A stretch of DNA of 64,000 nt from an uncultured cyanobacterium (GCA_963706595.1 OY970166.1:1152001-1216000); one strand, 5' to 3'. Counted from the stretch's first letter, positions 10,230 through 22,081 are shown. The notes: generated by a model from the sequence alone, not told the origin. Made by a program: numbers and translations.

Positions 10230-11705
10230 ATGCCTAAAAAAATCATTATAGACCCAGTTACCCGCATAGAAGGACACGCCAAAATCAGCATTTATTTAGA
10301 TGATACAGGACAAGTCAGGGATGCCCAATTTCATGTTACAGAATTTCGTGGTTTTGAGAAATTTTGTGAAGGTCGTCCCCTGTGGGAAATGCCAGGAATT
10401 ACAGCCAGAATTTGCGGAATTTGCCCAGTCAGCCATTTATTAGCCTCTGCCAAAGCAGGCGATCGCATCCTATCTGTTACAATTCCTCAAGCAGCCGAAA
10501 AACTGCGGCGGTTAATGAATTTAGCCCAAATTATTCAATCCCATTCCTTGAGTTTCTTCCACCTCAGCGCCCCAGATTTATTATTAGGAATGGATAGCGA
10601 CCCCGCAAAACGCAATATATTTGGCTTAATTGCAGCCGAACCAGAACTAGCCCGTGGCGGAATCCGCTTGCGTCAATTTGGACAAGAGATTATTGAACAA
10701 TTGGGAGGACAAAAAATACACCCATCATGGGCGGTTCCTGGTGGTGTGCGCGAAGCCTTATCCCCAGAAGGACGCACCCATATTCAGAACCGCATCCCGG
10801 AAGCACGCACCACAATCTTAAATGCACTGAGTAGATTTAAAGAATTACTCAATAATTATCAACAAGAAGCCCAAACCTTCGGGAATTTTCCGAGTTTATT
10901 TATGGGGTTAGTAACTCCTGAAGGTTTATGGGAAAACTACGACGGACATATTCGTTTTGTAGATAGTGCGGGTAATATTATCACTGACCAACTTGACCCT
11001 ACTAATTATCAAGAATTCATTGGTGAAGCAGTTGAATCCCATTCTTATTTAAAATTTCCTTACTATCGCCCTTTGGGTTATCCTGACCAGAGCGACCATT
11101 GTAATTTAAATAGTGGAATTTATCGAGTTGGTCCCCTAGCCCGGCTGAATATTTGTAGTCACATTGGTACACCTTTAGCTGATGTAGAATTACGGGAATA
11201 TAGAGACAGAGGTAAAGGCACAGTTAATTCATCATTTTTCTATCATTACGCCCGGTTAATTGAAATTTTAGCATCAATTGAGCATATAGAGATTTTATTA
11301 GATGACCCAGATTTACTACTTGGGCAGAGAGTAGCCGAAGCCTCAAATAGATTGCGGGCTGAAGCAGGGATTAATCAGTTATCAGGAGTGGGAGTAAGTG
11401 AAGCCCCCAGAGGAACATTATTTCATCATTATCAAGTAGATGAAAATGGTTTAATGCAGAAAGTAAACTTAATAATTGCCACAGGTCAAAATAATCTAGG
11501 AATGAATCGCACAGTGGCGCAAATTGCCCGACATTTTATTAATGGTGCAGAAATTGCTGAAGGAATGTTAAACCGAGTAGAAGCCGGAATTCGGGCTTTT
11601 GACCCATGTTTAAGTTGTTCAACTCATGCAGCCGGACAAATGCCTTTACATATTCAATTAATTGATACAGAGGGGAGTATAGTTAACGAAGTTTGGCGAG
11701 AATAA
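10230..11705 (+). CDS. hoxH: NiFe hydrogenase large subunit HoxH
   Basis: Motifs [26 protein letters not shown] plus a cleavable C-terminal extension. Confidence 0.97.
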   Translation: MPKKIIIDPVTRIEGHAKISIYLDDTGQVRDAQFHVTEFRGFEKFCEGRPLWEMPGITARICGICPVSHLLASAKAGDRILSVTIPQAAEKLRRLMNLAQIIQSHSLSFFHLSAPDLLLGMDSDPAKRNIFGLIAAEPELARGGIRLRQFGQEIIEQLGGQKIHPSWAVPGGVREALSPEGRTHIQNRIPEARTTILNALSRFKELLNNYQQEAQTFGNFPSLFMGLVTPEGLWENYDGHIRFVDSAGNIITDQLDPTNYQEFIGEAVESHSYLKFPYYRPLGYPDQSDHCNLNSGIYRVGPLARLNICSHIGTPLADVELREYRDRGKGTVNSSFFYHYARLIEILASIEHIEILLDDPDLLLGQRVAEASNRLRAEAGINQLSGVGVSEAPRGTLFHHYQVDENGLMQKVNLIIATGQNNLGMNRTVAQIARHFINGAEIAEGMLNRVEAGIRAFDPCLSCSTHAAGQMPLHIQLIDTEGSIVNEVWRE

Positions 11706-11745
11706 TTTGTAATTCGTAATTCGTAATTCGTAATTCGTAGTTCGT
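11703..11745. repeat. Heptamer STRR (TAATTCG)n, inverted relative to 9487-9533
   Basis: Read directly from the sequence. Confidence 0.9.
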
Positions 11746-11759
11746 GGAATGGAATGGAA

Positions 11760-11885
11760 TGGAAAAACGAACCGCCTTCGCGCAGCGTATGCCCCCAGGG
11801 CTTTAGACGCAAAGAACGCCAAGGTAAGAGGTTTAATAGGTTTTTTACGTCAGTCTTCTATGTTTTTACCAAATTGAAATGCTCC
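11760..11885 (-). repeat. Inverted partial copy of the 9300-9483 element
   Basis: Reverse complement of about 9301-9425, including the ~27-nt insert. Confidence 0.8.
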
Positions 11886-11950
11886 TTTCTTAAACCCTCG
11901 TTCTCTCTGCGCCTCTGCGCCTCTGCGTGACATAAATCAACCCAAATAAT

Positions 11951-12412
11951 ATGAACGCTCATGCGATGCCTGCGGCGAGCAAAGCTATCGCTATAGGATA
12001 TGGTAATGAATTGCGTAGTGATGATGGTATTGGTCAAAAAGTAGCTAAAACCTTGCAGTTATCACAGGTGAAATCTCTTGCGGTTCACCAACTCACCCCG
12101 GAACTGGCTGAGGTTTTAGCCCATGCTGATTTAGCAATATTTATTGATGCTTGTTTAATATCCGAAAGTTCTCAAGTACAAATACAATCCCTTTCACCTG
12201 CATCTTGTAACATCATCGCCGGACATACAGCCGATCCGCGATCGCTCTTAGCCCTAACTCAAGCCCTGTATAATTATAGTCCGCCGGCTTGGTGGATTAA
12301 AGTCCCAGGAGTTAATTTTGAATTAGGGTATAGTTTATCACCAATAGCGGAAATTGGAGTAGCGATCGCTTTACAAAAAATTACCCAAATTATAGACGCA
12401 AATTCCAGTTAG
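11951..12412 (+). CDS. hoxW: Hydrogenase maturation protease HoxW
   Basis: Motifs IGYGNELRSDDGIG, HQLTPEL, IFIDA; directly after hoxH. Confidence 0.9.
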   Translation: MNAHAMPAASKAIAIGYGNELRSDDGIGQKVAKTLQLSQVKSLAVHQLTPELAEVLAHADLAIFIDACLISESSQVQIQSLSPASCNIIAGHTADPRSLLALTQALYNYSPPAWWIKVPGVNFELGYSLSPIAEIGVAIALQKITQIIDANSS

Positions 12413-12454
12413 CTAATTTAAAATATTCTTTACCACCACAGGTAGTAGCAACTC

Positions 12455-15208
12455 ATGGAAAAGCCCATACATGATATTTTGCGAACTCAGAAGCAAAATC
12501 CTCTGGATGCTATCTTTGCGCCTAAAAGTGTGGCGGTAATTGGTGCTAGTGAAAAAGCTAATAGTGTGGGGCGTACATTACTATGGAACTTAATTAGTAA
12601 CCCTTTCGGTGGAACCGTTTTCCCTGTCAATCCTCAACGACACAGCATACTGGGAATTAAAGCTTACCCGAATATTTTTGATGTCCCCGAAGCAGTGGAT
12701 TTAGCAGTTATTGCTACCCCAGCCTCAACAGTTCCAACTATTATTGCTGAGTGCGTTGATGCAGGTGTCAAAGGTGCAATTATTCTCAGTGCTGGTTTTA
12801 AAGAAACTGGTGCTGAGGGTGTCATCTTAGAACAGCAAATACTAGAACAAGCCCATCGGGGTAAAATGCGGATTATTGGCCCTAACTGCTTGGGTGCAAT
12901 GAGTCCGCGCACAGGTTTAAATGCGACTTTTGCCAGTGCAATGGCACGTCCTGGAAATGTGGGCTTTATTAGTCAAAGTGGAGCGCTCTGCACCGCTATT
13001 CTTGATTGGAGTTTCCGAGAAAACGTTGGCTTTAGCGCCTTTGTTTCCCTTGGCTCCATGCTTGATGTTGGTTGGGGAGATTTAATTGACTATCTTGGTG
13101 ATGATCGGCACACCAAAAGTATTGTTATTTACATGGAATCAATTGGAAATGCCAGATCATTTCTCTCAGCAGCGCGAGAAGTTGCTTTAACTAAGCCAAT
13201 TATTGTGATTAAAGCCGGACGTACCGCAGCCGCAGCTAAAGCCGCAGCTTCCCATACTGGCGCATTAACCGGAAGTGATGAAGTTCTGGACGCAGCTTTT
13301 CGGCGTTGTGGAGTGTTGCGGGTTAACAGTATTTCTGACTTGTTCGATATGGCGGAAGTATTAGCAAAACAACCCCGTCCCCAAGGTTCACGCCTGACAA
13401 TTTTGACTAACGCCGGTGGTCCCGGAGTGCTGGCTACTGATGCTCTAATTGCTTCTGGTGGAGAAGTTGCACCAATTTCTCAGGAAACTATCGCCTCTCT
13501 TAACCAACTATTACCCACACATTGGAGTCATGGTAATCCCATTGACATTCTCGGCGATGCTGACCCCCAGAGATATACTCAAGCCTTAGAAATTGCGGCT
13601 CAAGATCCCAATAGTGATGGCTTATTGGTGATTCTCACACCCCAAGCCATGACTGACCCCACCCAAACAGCCGAACAATTAAAACCCTACGCGCAGATAC
13701 CCAATAAACCTATCCTGGCGAGTTGGATGGGAGGCGCAGATATCGCCGCAGGGGAGATGATTCTGAATCGCAACCATATTCCCACATATCCTTATCCTGA
13801 TACTGCGGCACGAATATTTAGTTATATGTGGCAGTCTAGTTATAATTTGCGTGGTATCTACGAAACTCCTGTAATGTCTGCGCTTGATTCTGCGTTAGGG
13901 ATACCAGACCGTAACTGTGTGGAGAAAATTATCCAAGCAGCGCGACAGGCACAGCGAAACATTCTTACAGAGTTTGAATCCAAGCAGATTTTAGCAGCTT
14001 ATGGTTTGCCGGTGGTAACTACTGGTGTTGCGAAAAGTGAAGATGAAGCAGTTCAATGTGCTGACAATATTGGTTATCCAGTTGTTTTAAAGCTTTTTTC
14101 CCACACAATTACCCATAAAACCGATGTTGGCGGTGTGCAGTTAAATCTGCGAGATGCTGAAGCCGTCAGACGAGCTTACAATGCTATTGCCGAATCAGTG
14201 AGTGAGAAAGTCGGTGTTCAGCATTTTTTAGGTGTCACTGTGCAGCCGATGGTCAAAATCGCTGGTTATGAATTGATTATTGGTAGTAGTATTGATGCCC
14301 AATTTGGCCCGGTGTTGCTTTTTGGTACAGGAGGACAACTTGTAGAGATTTTTTGCGATCGCACGATGCCTGCGGCGAGCGTAGCTATCGCACTTCCACC
14401 ACTAAATACCACTTTAGCACGACGCATGATCGAGCAAACACAAATTTACAAAGCCCTCAAAGGAGTCAGGGGACGTAAAAGTGTTGATATGGCAGCCCTG
14501 GAAAAATTAATGGTGGTATTTAGTCAATTAGTGGTAGAACAACGCGCAATTAAGGAAATTGATATTAACCCGTTGCTAGCTTCATCTGAGCAATTAATTA
14601 TCCTCGATGCCCGAATTATCCTGCACGAAGCAGATGTTAAAGAAGAGCAACTACCAAAGTTAGCAATTCGCCCCTATCCCATACAATATGTCAGCCAGTG
14701 GACGATGAGCAATGGCACTGCTGTGACTATTCGTCCGATTCGTCCAGAAGATGAGCCGTTGATGGTAAAATTTCATCAGACACTCTCAGAACAAAGCGTT
14801 TATTTTCGTTATTTTCACTTAATTAAGCTGCAATCGAGAGTAGCCCATGAACGATTAACACGGATTTGTTTTATTGATTATGACCGGGAAATCGCCTTAG
14901 TTGTAGAATATCAAAATCCCGAAACACAGACACGGGAAATTTTGGCAGTTGGTCGGTTAAGTAAAATACATGGTACGAATGCAGCAGAATTTGCTATTGT
15001 GGTATGCGATCGCTTTCAATCTCAAGGCATAGGAACCGAGTTACTGCGACGGTTACTAAAAGTTAGTCAAGATGAGCAACTCACCAGAATCACTGCTGAT
15101 ATCTTGAGTGATAATTATGCAATGCAAAAAATCTGTGAAAACCTGGGTTTTCAAATTGAGCGTACAGATTATCCTACTGTAGTACAAGCCCAAATCGAGA
15201 TCAATTAG
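12455..15208 (+). CDS. Acetate-CoA ligase (ADP-forming)-family protein fused to a GNAT acetyltransferase (Pat/YfiQ-like)
   Basis: CoA-binding VAVIGAS, IIGPNC, SHTG, ATP-grasp HKTDVGGV, and a C-terminal GNAT ([15 protein letters not shown]). Confidence 0.92.
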   Translation: MEKPIHDILRTQKQNPLDAIFAPKSVAVIGASEKANSVGRTLLWNLISNPFGGTVFPVNPQRHSILGIKAYPNIFDVPEAVDLAVIATPASTVPTIIAECVDAGVKGAIILSAGFKETGAEGVILEQQILEQAHRGKMRIIGPNCLGAMSPRTGLNATFASAMARPGNVGFISQSGALCTAILDWSFRENVGFSAFVSLGSMLDVGWGDLIDYLGDDRHTKSIVIYMESIGNARSFLSAAREVALTKPIIVIKAGRTAAAAKAAASHTGALTGSDEVLDAAFRRCGVLRVNSISDLFDMAEVLAKQPRPQGSRLTILTNAGGPGVLATDALIASGGEVAPISQETIASLNQLLPTHWSHGNPIDILGDADPQRYTQALEIAAQDPNSDGLLVILTPQAMTDPTQTAEQLKPYAQIPNKPILASWMGGADIAAGEMILNRNHIPTYPYPDTAARIFSYMWQSSYNLRGIYETPVMSALDSALGIPDRNCVEKIIQAARQAQRNILTEFESKQILAAYGLPVVTTGVAKSEDEAVQCADNIGYPVVLKLFSHTITHKTDVGGVQLNLRDAEAVRRAYNAIAESVSEKVGVQHFLGVTVQPMVKIAGYELIIGSSIDAQFGPVLLFGTGGQLVEIFCDRTMPAASVAIALPPLNTTLARRMIEQTQIYKALKGVRGRKSVDMAALEKLMVVFSQLVVEQRAIKEIDINPLLASSEQLIILDARIILHEADVKEEQLPKLAIRPYPIQYVSQWTMSNGTAVTIRPIRPEDEPLMVKFHQTLSEQSVYFRYFHLIKLQSRVAHERLTRICFIDYDREIALVVEYQNPETQTREILAVGRLSKIHGTNAAEFAIVVCDRFQSQGIGTELLRRLLKVSQDEQLTRITADILSDNYAMQKICENLGFQIERTDYPTVVQAQIEIN

Positions 15209-15249
15209 ATATAAGATATAGCGTTTCCTAATCATATAAAGTATATAAT

Positions 15250-15291
15250 AGCCCCCTCCTCGCTTGCGGGGAGGGGGTTGGGGGTGGGGTT
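15250..15291. repeat. Dispersed hairpin repeat family
   Basis: CCCCTCCTCGCTTGCGGGGAGGGGGTTGGGGGTGGGGTT. Related copies near 4858, 10139, 33608, 37198, 43763, 49370 and 61453. Confidence 0.75.
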
Positions 15292-15317
15292 CAAAACTAA
15301 TTATCCTGAAGCAAACA

Positions 15318-16361
15318 ATGATACCTAAAAAACTTGACAGCAATAGCTCAAATACTTTAAATCGTCTAGTAGAGCCAAGTTCTGAATTATACGCTATTTT
15401 TTCTCAGACAGAAGTTGTCGAGTTAATCCAGGCATTAGAACTGAGAAGAGAAATTCCTGTAAAATTCGCTTACAAAGGCGGAGGTGCGAAAATATGGAAT
15501 GATTTTTATGAAAAATATGTTATCCCTAAATGGTATGAACCATCCAACGTAGAAGTTGAGTTATTAAAGCAAAACTTTGAATATATTAATAGTTATCAAA
15601 ATTGTGATCAAATTAATATTGTCGATGTCGGTGCAGGTAATTCGTACCCAGTTAAAAAATTTGTTTCTCAACTGCATAAATTAGGAAGAATTAATAAATA
15701 TATCGCTTTGGATATTAGTAGTGAACTGCTGAGTTTATCAAAAGTAAACTTTACTAAATGGTTTCCATCAATTGAGTTTAAAAATCATACAGTTGATATA
15801 GAAGCTAATGCTATTCCCGCTAATATTCTGCAAAACTCAACTTCTGGTCAAATGAAAGATATAGCCAATGTATTTTTACATTTAGGTGTAACAATTGGCA
15901 ATCATCAAGATAGAGTGAGAGTCTTTCAAAACTTTAAAAACAGCATGAATCCAAATGATTTGCTTGTGTTCACCAACGAAATAGGTTCTCACTCCCAATG
16001 GGATGGAAAAGTTCGAGGTGGTTGTAAATATCATGTAGAAGGAATATATGCATGGATTACCAACAAGATGGGGATTAATTCTGAAGATTGCGAACTTGTG
16101 AGAAAGTATGATGTCAAAACAGATAGTATCACTGCCAATATAAAATTGTTGCAAAATTACACGTTCAGTTTTAGCCAATGGGGAATAAATGAGAATTTGG
16201 AAATTTTAAAAGATGAAGAAATTACCATTTGGAAACATCACAAGTATGAAATGCCTGAACTTACACAAGAGTTAGCAAAAGCTGGGTTAAAAATTGTTCA
16301 CTCTAGTTGCGATAAATATAAATCACATATTATGGTTTTTTGTCAAGTTGCTGATAGGTAG
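15318..16361 (+). CDS. Histidine N-alpha-methyltransferase (EgtD)-like SAM-dependent methyltransferase
   Basis: REIPVKFAY, VDVGAGN, YIALDIS, HLGVTIGN resemble the EgtD family. Confidence 0.75.
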   Translation: MIPKKLDSNSSNTLNRLVEPSSELYAIFSQTEVVELIQALELRREIPVKFAYKGGGAKIWNDFYEKYVIPKWYEPSNVEVELLKQNFEYINSYQNCDQINIVDVGAGNSYPVKKFVSQLHKLGRINKYIALDISSELLSLSKVNFTKWFPSIEFKNHTVDIEANAIPANILQNSTSGQMKDIANVFLHLGVTIGNHQDRVRVFQNFKNSMNPNDLLVFTNEIGSHSQWDGKVRGGCKYHVEGIYAWITNKMGINSEDCELVRKYDVKTDSITANIKLLQNYTFSFSQWGINENLEILKDEEITIWKHHKYEMPELTQELAKAGLKIVHSSCDKYKSHIMVFCQVADR

Positions 16362-16660
16362 ATTTTCAGCACTTTAAAAAATCTAACTCTAGTACCTTCA
16401 TTTTCTGAATTGATTATATTAAAATGTGTACTGGATTTACTGACCAAGTGCTGCATATAATTATCAAGCGCCTTGTCTTTATGTGCAGTGCTGATGGCAT
16501 TTATTTCAGAAAACTAGGATAATACCAATTCTGTGTAAGGATACGCTGAAATATTAGGAGGAACTAACCACAAAGGACACAAAGGACACAAAGTAAGAAG
16601 GAAAGAAGGAAAGAAATTTAGCCCAACTTTATAAAAAAATGGATAAACTTCCCGAATTCA

Positions 16661-18078
16661 ATGATGACAATGAGATCCATTAAAAAAAAACTGCTGTCCC
16701 TCGCAATCTTTTACGAGAACGCTTAATTGCTATTCTGGCTTTAATTAATTTGGGGCTGGTGTTTTTTGATATCAGTTATCTGTATGCACGAGATTTTTAT
16801 CTACAAGCTATCCCCAGCTTAACCCAATTATACGACCCGATTAAAGGTATTAAACCCCATCCATCGACAAGGAATTATCTTCAGCAGGTGGAAAATCTAG
16901 AAGCTCAAGTTGTAGCCTCTGGATTAAAATCGCCGGAAGTAGAAAATCAACTAGCACAATTAAGCCGCCTCAGTACACAAATCATCGAAGATAATCCCTT
17001 TGCGGTAGCGGATAAAAGCAGTTCCTTGGAAAAGATTCAAGAGGAAATGCGCCAAAGGACGGGTATGAACTCGGCGCGTGATGCTTTGACTGAGTTTTGG
17101 AATCCAGATTACCTCGAAAAAGCTGGTTGGCGTGAAGAAATAGGGTTTTGGAATAGTGAGATTCTCCCTTTAATTCAAGCCAATTATTATCGAGATATTA
17201 ATAAATACGGTAAATTTATCGACTATTTTTGGTTAATTGATTTACCTTTTGTGCTGATATTTGCGTTGAATTTTTTATCGCGGACATTTCAAACCAGTCG
17301 CCGGAATCCGCAGTTAAATTGGTTAGAAGCAATGCTGCGACGCTGGTATGATATTTTCTTGCTGCTACCTTTTGCGCGATGGTTGCGAGTGTTTCCGGTA
17401 ACTGTTCGGCTTTACCAAGCTGAATTATTAAATCTTGACCCATTCAAAGCCCAAATTAACCGTGATTTTGCTGTAGGATTTGCCCAGGAAATTACAGAGA
17501 TGGTAGGAATTCAGGTGATAGAGCAAATGCAAAATTCCATTCAAAAAGGAGATGTTGCTCGTTGGTTATTTCAACCAGAATCCCGTCGTCCTTATGTGCA
17601 GATAAATAACCAAAGTGAGCTACAAGTGATTACCGCCCGCTTGGTAAAAGTGAGTATTTATGATGTCTTACCCCAAATTAAACCTGATATCACAGCTTTA
17701 ATCCAGCACACAATTCAAAGTACTTTATATGAAACTCCAGTTATCGGCCAATTACAGCAGTTTCCTGGACTAAATAAATTACCTCATCAGTTAGTCGAAC
17801 AATTAGCCGCTAACTTAACCAAATCGGCTTACGCAACTTTGGTGAAAGCACTAGAAGACCCTGTGGGTGGAGAGGTAACAACCCGGTTGCTCAAAAACTT
17901 TCGAGAGGCTTTAGAAAATGAGTTACAAAAAAGACATAATTTACAGGAGTTAGAACAATTGTTTGTTGATATGTTAGAAGAAATCAAGATTAATTATGTG
18001 AAAAATATTGCTGAAGGAGGGATAGAAAAAACTGTAGAGGAAGTAGAAAATATTCAAAGGCAATTTAGGCGTTACTAG
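16661..18078 (+). CDS. Conserved hypothetical membrane protein; A9 run at 16682-16690 puts the ATG out of frame
   Basis: The ORF from 16750 stays open back to 16684. One extra A joins ATG 16661 to give MMTMRSIKKKTAVPRNLLRERLIAILALINLGLVFFD. Confidence 0.75.
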
Positions 18079-18175
18079 AGTGAGCATCCCCATTTGGTAG
18101 AAATATAGGATGCTGAAATCTAAACTCTCTGGAATTCCCTCGTAGCGTTTTAGCGCTAAAGCGCAACTACAAACA

Positions 18176-18397
18176 TAGGACTCCTATTTGATTTTGTGAA
18201 CATCAATACAACTCAAAATGGCTTTTTCCCACTCCCCAGAAGAAGCAGGGGAGCAGGGAGCAGGGAGTAAGGGGGAGTAAGAAATTATTTTAAACTTTCG
18301 GTTACTTAACAACCATTCTTCTTCTCCCCTGCCCCCTGCCCCTTTTCCTCTTCTCCCCACCTACGCAAGTAAGTTAAAAAATCAAAGCGGATTACTA
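18176..18397. mobile_element. MITE-like element; second copy at 38549-38797
   Basis: Imperfect TIRs TAGGACTCCTATTTGATTTT / AAAATCAAAGCGGATTACTA; interior shared with the second copy. Confidence 0.75.
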
Positions 18398-18505
18398 TAG
18401 ATGAGAGGGTTTGTGAACAAAAATAAAGGTGAAAATAAGCGGAGTTATTTTTATTAAAATTAAGATGGGTTATTGTTGATTCTTGAAACCTGGGGGAAGA
18501 AAATC

Positions 18506-18934
18506 ATGAATGTGGGATTTTTTCAGAGAATTCCTGTAATGCCCCTGGTACTACTCTGGATAGCTTATGCTTTATTGGGGTGGTATCTTGCTGCTCATCA
18601 CATTGTTTGGTTGGCGGGAGCGTTTGTGGTCGCTGTGACTTTAGCTATTGTCAGAAAAACTATTGTTTGGTTAGAGCAGTTAGTGGCATTTGGCTCTAGA
18701 ATCTTGGTTGTGGTTTTATTTTTAAGTCTGTCTGTGGCTTTGGTCGAAACTTGGTCGCTTTTCTTCAGCCTGTTTCTTATACCGATAGCAACTACGTTTT
18801 TAGCTGATTTAGAAATGCGTTTTGCTGGTTTCAACAGAACTGATTCATTTTGGGTTTTAACTATTTTAGCCCTCTGCGGTTTGGTTTCGGGTGAATTGAT
18901 AGATATTTTACTTTTTCCTAGCAGCAGGTTTTAA
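18506..18934 (+). CDS. Hypothetical integral membrane protein
   Basis: Several hydrophobic segments. Confidence 0.75.
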   Translation: MNVGFFQRIPVMPLVLLWIAYALLGWYLAAHHIVWLAGAFVVAVTLAIVRKTIVWLEQLVAFGSRILVVVLFLSLSVALVETWSLFFSLFLIPIATTFLADLEMRFAGFNRTDSFWVLTILALCGLVSGELIDILLFPSSRF

Positions 18935-19259
18935 TCTTAATATTCATATACTACGATAAAATAGTTCTTCCTTATCAAGTTTATGATAACACAATTTCCC
19001 GCGCGTGTCAACTCCCAATACTCTCTTTATGCGTTGAACTAGAACAAAAAAATAGAGCAAAAATTAGTTTGGATGCTGAAACTTGGGGTATTGAAATTAC
19101 TTATGCAGTCAGTGCGTCAAGGAGTAAAATATGAAGTTGCTCTGGATAAGTGGCGAAAAACTGGTATTACTATTCTTTATAGAGTGGGAAGATGTCACAC
19201 TTGGTCACAGTAAAAGCAAATGAGCTTTAAAGAACACTGCGTTTATCATTAGTTCCGAT

Positions 19260-20624
19260 ATGCAAAGCAGATCCCGACAAGAGTTACAAGACCTAGTGCG
19301 CGAGCAGTTGCAAGTGCTACTTGAACAAAAAAACTTTCAGGGTGCTAAAGCTTTGTTAGTTCCAGTTCAGGTTGCAGATATTGCGGAATCCATTGGAGGT
19401 TTACCAGAGGCTACCCAGGCGATCGCATTTCGGTTACTTTCTAAAGAAGAAGCCATAGAAGTCTTTGAATACCTCGATCCCAGTGTACAGCAAACGTTAC
19501 TAGAAGATTTTAAGCGTCAGGATGTACAGGAAATTGTCGATAATATGTCGCCTGATGATCGGGCGCGGCTGTTTGACGAACTCCCGGCGAAAGTTGTCCG
19601 GCGACTATTAGAACAACTGAGTCCGACGGAACGGGATGCAACGGCTTTGCTTTTAGGTTATGCGCCTAATACTGCTGGGCGGATTATGACTCCTGAGTAT
19701 CTGTCACTGAGGGAAAATATTACGATTACTCAGGCGCTAACGCAGATTCGTTCTCTGGCTAACTTGAGAGAAACTATTTACTATATATATGTGACTGATG
19801 ATGCTCGTCGCTTGACTGGGATTCTCTCGCTGCGAGGTCTAATTTTGGCGCAACCAGAGCAAACTATTGGCAGTATCATGACCCGTGATGTGGTATTTGT
19901 GAATACTGGGACTGACCAAGAAGAAGTAGCTCGAACAATTCAGCATTATGACTTTGTAGCCATTCCTGTGGTAGATGCCGAACAGCGTCTGGTGGGGATC
20001 GTGACGGTGGATGATGTGCTGGATATTTTAGAACAAGAAACCACAGAAGATATCTATACATTGGGTGGTGTCGAATCTGGTGGTGATAATTATTTTCAAA
20101 CTAATTTATTTACTGTTGCCCGTAGACGGGTAGTATGGTTATTTGTGCTGTTGATAACTAATAGTGCGACGGCGGCGGTAATTACGAACCAAGAAGATAT
20201 TTTAGAAAAATTCGTGGCGTTAACTGCCTTTATCCCCTTATTGATTGGTACAGGGGGAAACGTGGGAGCGCAGTCTTCCACTGTGGTGATTCGGGGCTTG
20301 AATACAGAAGATGTTCACCCCGACGAAGCTTTCAATATCATCAAACGGGAAGCGATCGCTGGACTATTGCTCGGAGGTATGTTAGGTGCTGTAGTTATAG
20401 TATGGGCATATTTCTTGCAAGGGAATTTAGCAGTTGCTCTGGCTGTAGGTATTAGTCTATTATCTATCTGCGTTTTAGCCTCAGTTTCTGGTTCCGCACT
20501 GCCATTTTTATTCCGTGCTATGAAGCTAGATCCGGCTTTGATGTCTGCACCCTTTATTACCACTGCGGTGGATGTGTTGGGAGTTTTAATTTACCTCAAC
20601 TTAGCGCGATGGATTTTAGGCTAA
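19260..20624 (+). CDS. mgtE: Magnesium transporter MgtE
   Basis: MgtE N domain, CBS pair (AGRIMT, VGIVTVDD), GGNVGAQ, DPALMSAPFITTAVD. Confidence 0.96.
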   Translation: MQSRSRQELQDLVREQLQVLLEQKNFQGAKALLVPVQVADIAESIGGLPEATQAIAFRLLSKEEAIEVFEYLDPSVQQTLLEDFKRQDVQEIVDNMSPDDRARLFDELPAKVVRRLLEQLSPTERDATALLLGYAPNTAGRIMTPEYLSLRENITITQALTQIRSLANLRETIYYIYVTDDARRLTGILSLRGLILAQPEQTIGSIMTRDVVFVNTGTDQEEVARTIQHYDFVAIPVVDAEQRLVGIVTVDDVLDILEQETTEDIYTLGGVESGGDNYFQTNLFTVARRRVVWLFVLLITNSATAAVITNQEDILEKFVALTAFIPLLIGTGGNVGAQSSTVVIRGLNTEDVHPDEAFNIIKREAIAGLLLGGMLGAVVIVWAYFLQGNLAVALAVGISLLSICVLASVSGSALPFLFRAMKLDPALMSAPFITTAVDVLGVLIYLNLARWILG

Positions 20625-20717
20625 CAGCATAAGTTGCAACCAAAGCATCTCACCAGTTTAAAGTCTTGGGTATACTGATGATAGTTCTTCGCTCGGTATG
20701 CTCAACACGAATGAGGT

Positions 20718-22081
20718 ATGAATGTGAGTAGTCAGGAAAACTACAATTTAGTTGAGTCGGGAGCGACGAATGAAGCCGCAGATCCCAAGTCATTGTTGAC
20801 ATTATCCGACGCAGTAGCGCTGATTGTCGGTATTGTGATCGGGGCGGGAATTTTTCAAACCCCCGCATTAGTAGCAGTTCAAGCAGGTAGCGATGTTGCT
20901 GTACTGCTGTTGTGGTTCGCTGGTGGCTTAATATCTCTGGTGGGTGCGTTGTGTTATGCAGAGTTAGCCACGGCTTATCCCAATGTGGGCGGTGTTTACT
21001 ATTATCTCAAGCGTTCGTTTGGGCGAGGAGTGGCCTTTTTATTTGCTTGGGCGCGCATGACTGTGATCCAAACAGGTTCGATTGTGCTGCTGGCTTTTGT
21101 ATTTGGTGACTATGCGAGTCAAATATGGCGCTTAGGTACGTTTTCGTCTTCTATTTATGCAGCCGGGGCGATCGCACTCTTAACTGCTTTAAATATCATC
21201 GGTTTAAGACTAGGTAAGTGGACACAAAACTGGCTGTCTCTGGCGAAGGTTCTGGGTTTGTTATTGGTAGTAATTTTGGGACTAACTACTCTCCCTAATT
21301 CTACAGTGACAACAGAACCTGCATCGTCAGGAAATTGGGGCTTGGCGATGGTGTTTGTACTTCTGTCTTATGGTGGCTGGAATGAAGCGGCGTATATTTC
21401 AGCAGAAATGCAGAATAAACAACGCAACATTCTGCGATCGCTGCTGTGGAGTATTGGTATCATTACTGGTATTTACCTGTTAATCAATCTAGCCTACCTG
21501 CAAGGCTTGGGCTTATCAAACATGGCTGAATCCAAAGCAGTCGCCGCCGATTTAATGCGTGCTATTGCGGGTGAACCAGGAGCCTTATTTATCAGCTTGT
21601 TGATAGCAGTTTCCACCTTGGGAGCTATTAACGCCACAATTTTCACCGGTGCGCGACTAATTACGCTTTAGCTCAGGATTTTTCCCTATTTAGTTTTATG
21701 GGGCGTTGGCAAAAAAGCCACAGCACTCCCGTTGAAGCTTTTTTATTGCAAGTGGCGATCGCCTTAGCCTTGGTTGTATTAGGCACGATTACGCGCGGAG
21801 GCTTTGAAACGATGGTGGATTATACCGCCCCCGTTTTTTGGTTATTCTTTCTGCTTTCGGGTATATCGCTGTTTGTACTGCGAATCCGGGAACCGGAAAT
21901 ATCACGCCCCTTTCGTGTCCCATTCTACCCCTTGACACCGTTAGCTTTTTGTGCATCTTGTGGTTATTTGCTTTACTCTAGCTTGGCTTATACGGGTGTG
22001 GGAGCAGTTATCGGTGTTTTAGTGGTAGCAGCCGGAATCCCTCTGTTATTCTGGAATCGCCGTCGTCAAAGGAGGGAGTAG
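20718..22081 (+). CDS. APC-family amino acid permease split by a 1-nt deletion near 21655
   Basis: GIVIGAGIF, ALCYAEL, SYGGWN. The corrected junction GARTNYALAQDFSLFSFMGRW joins ORFs 20718-21671 and 21698-22081. Confidence 0.85.

Noticed and set aside
21641..21700. Permease as two separate genes
   Set aside because: Adding one base gives a continuous APC transporter frame.
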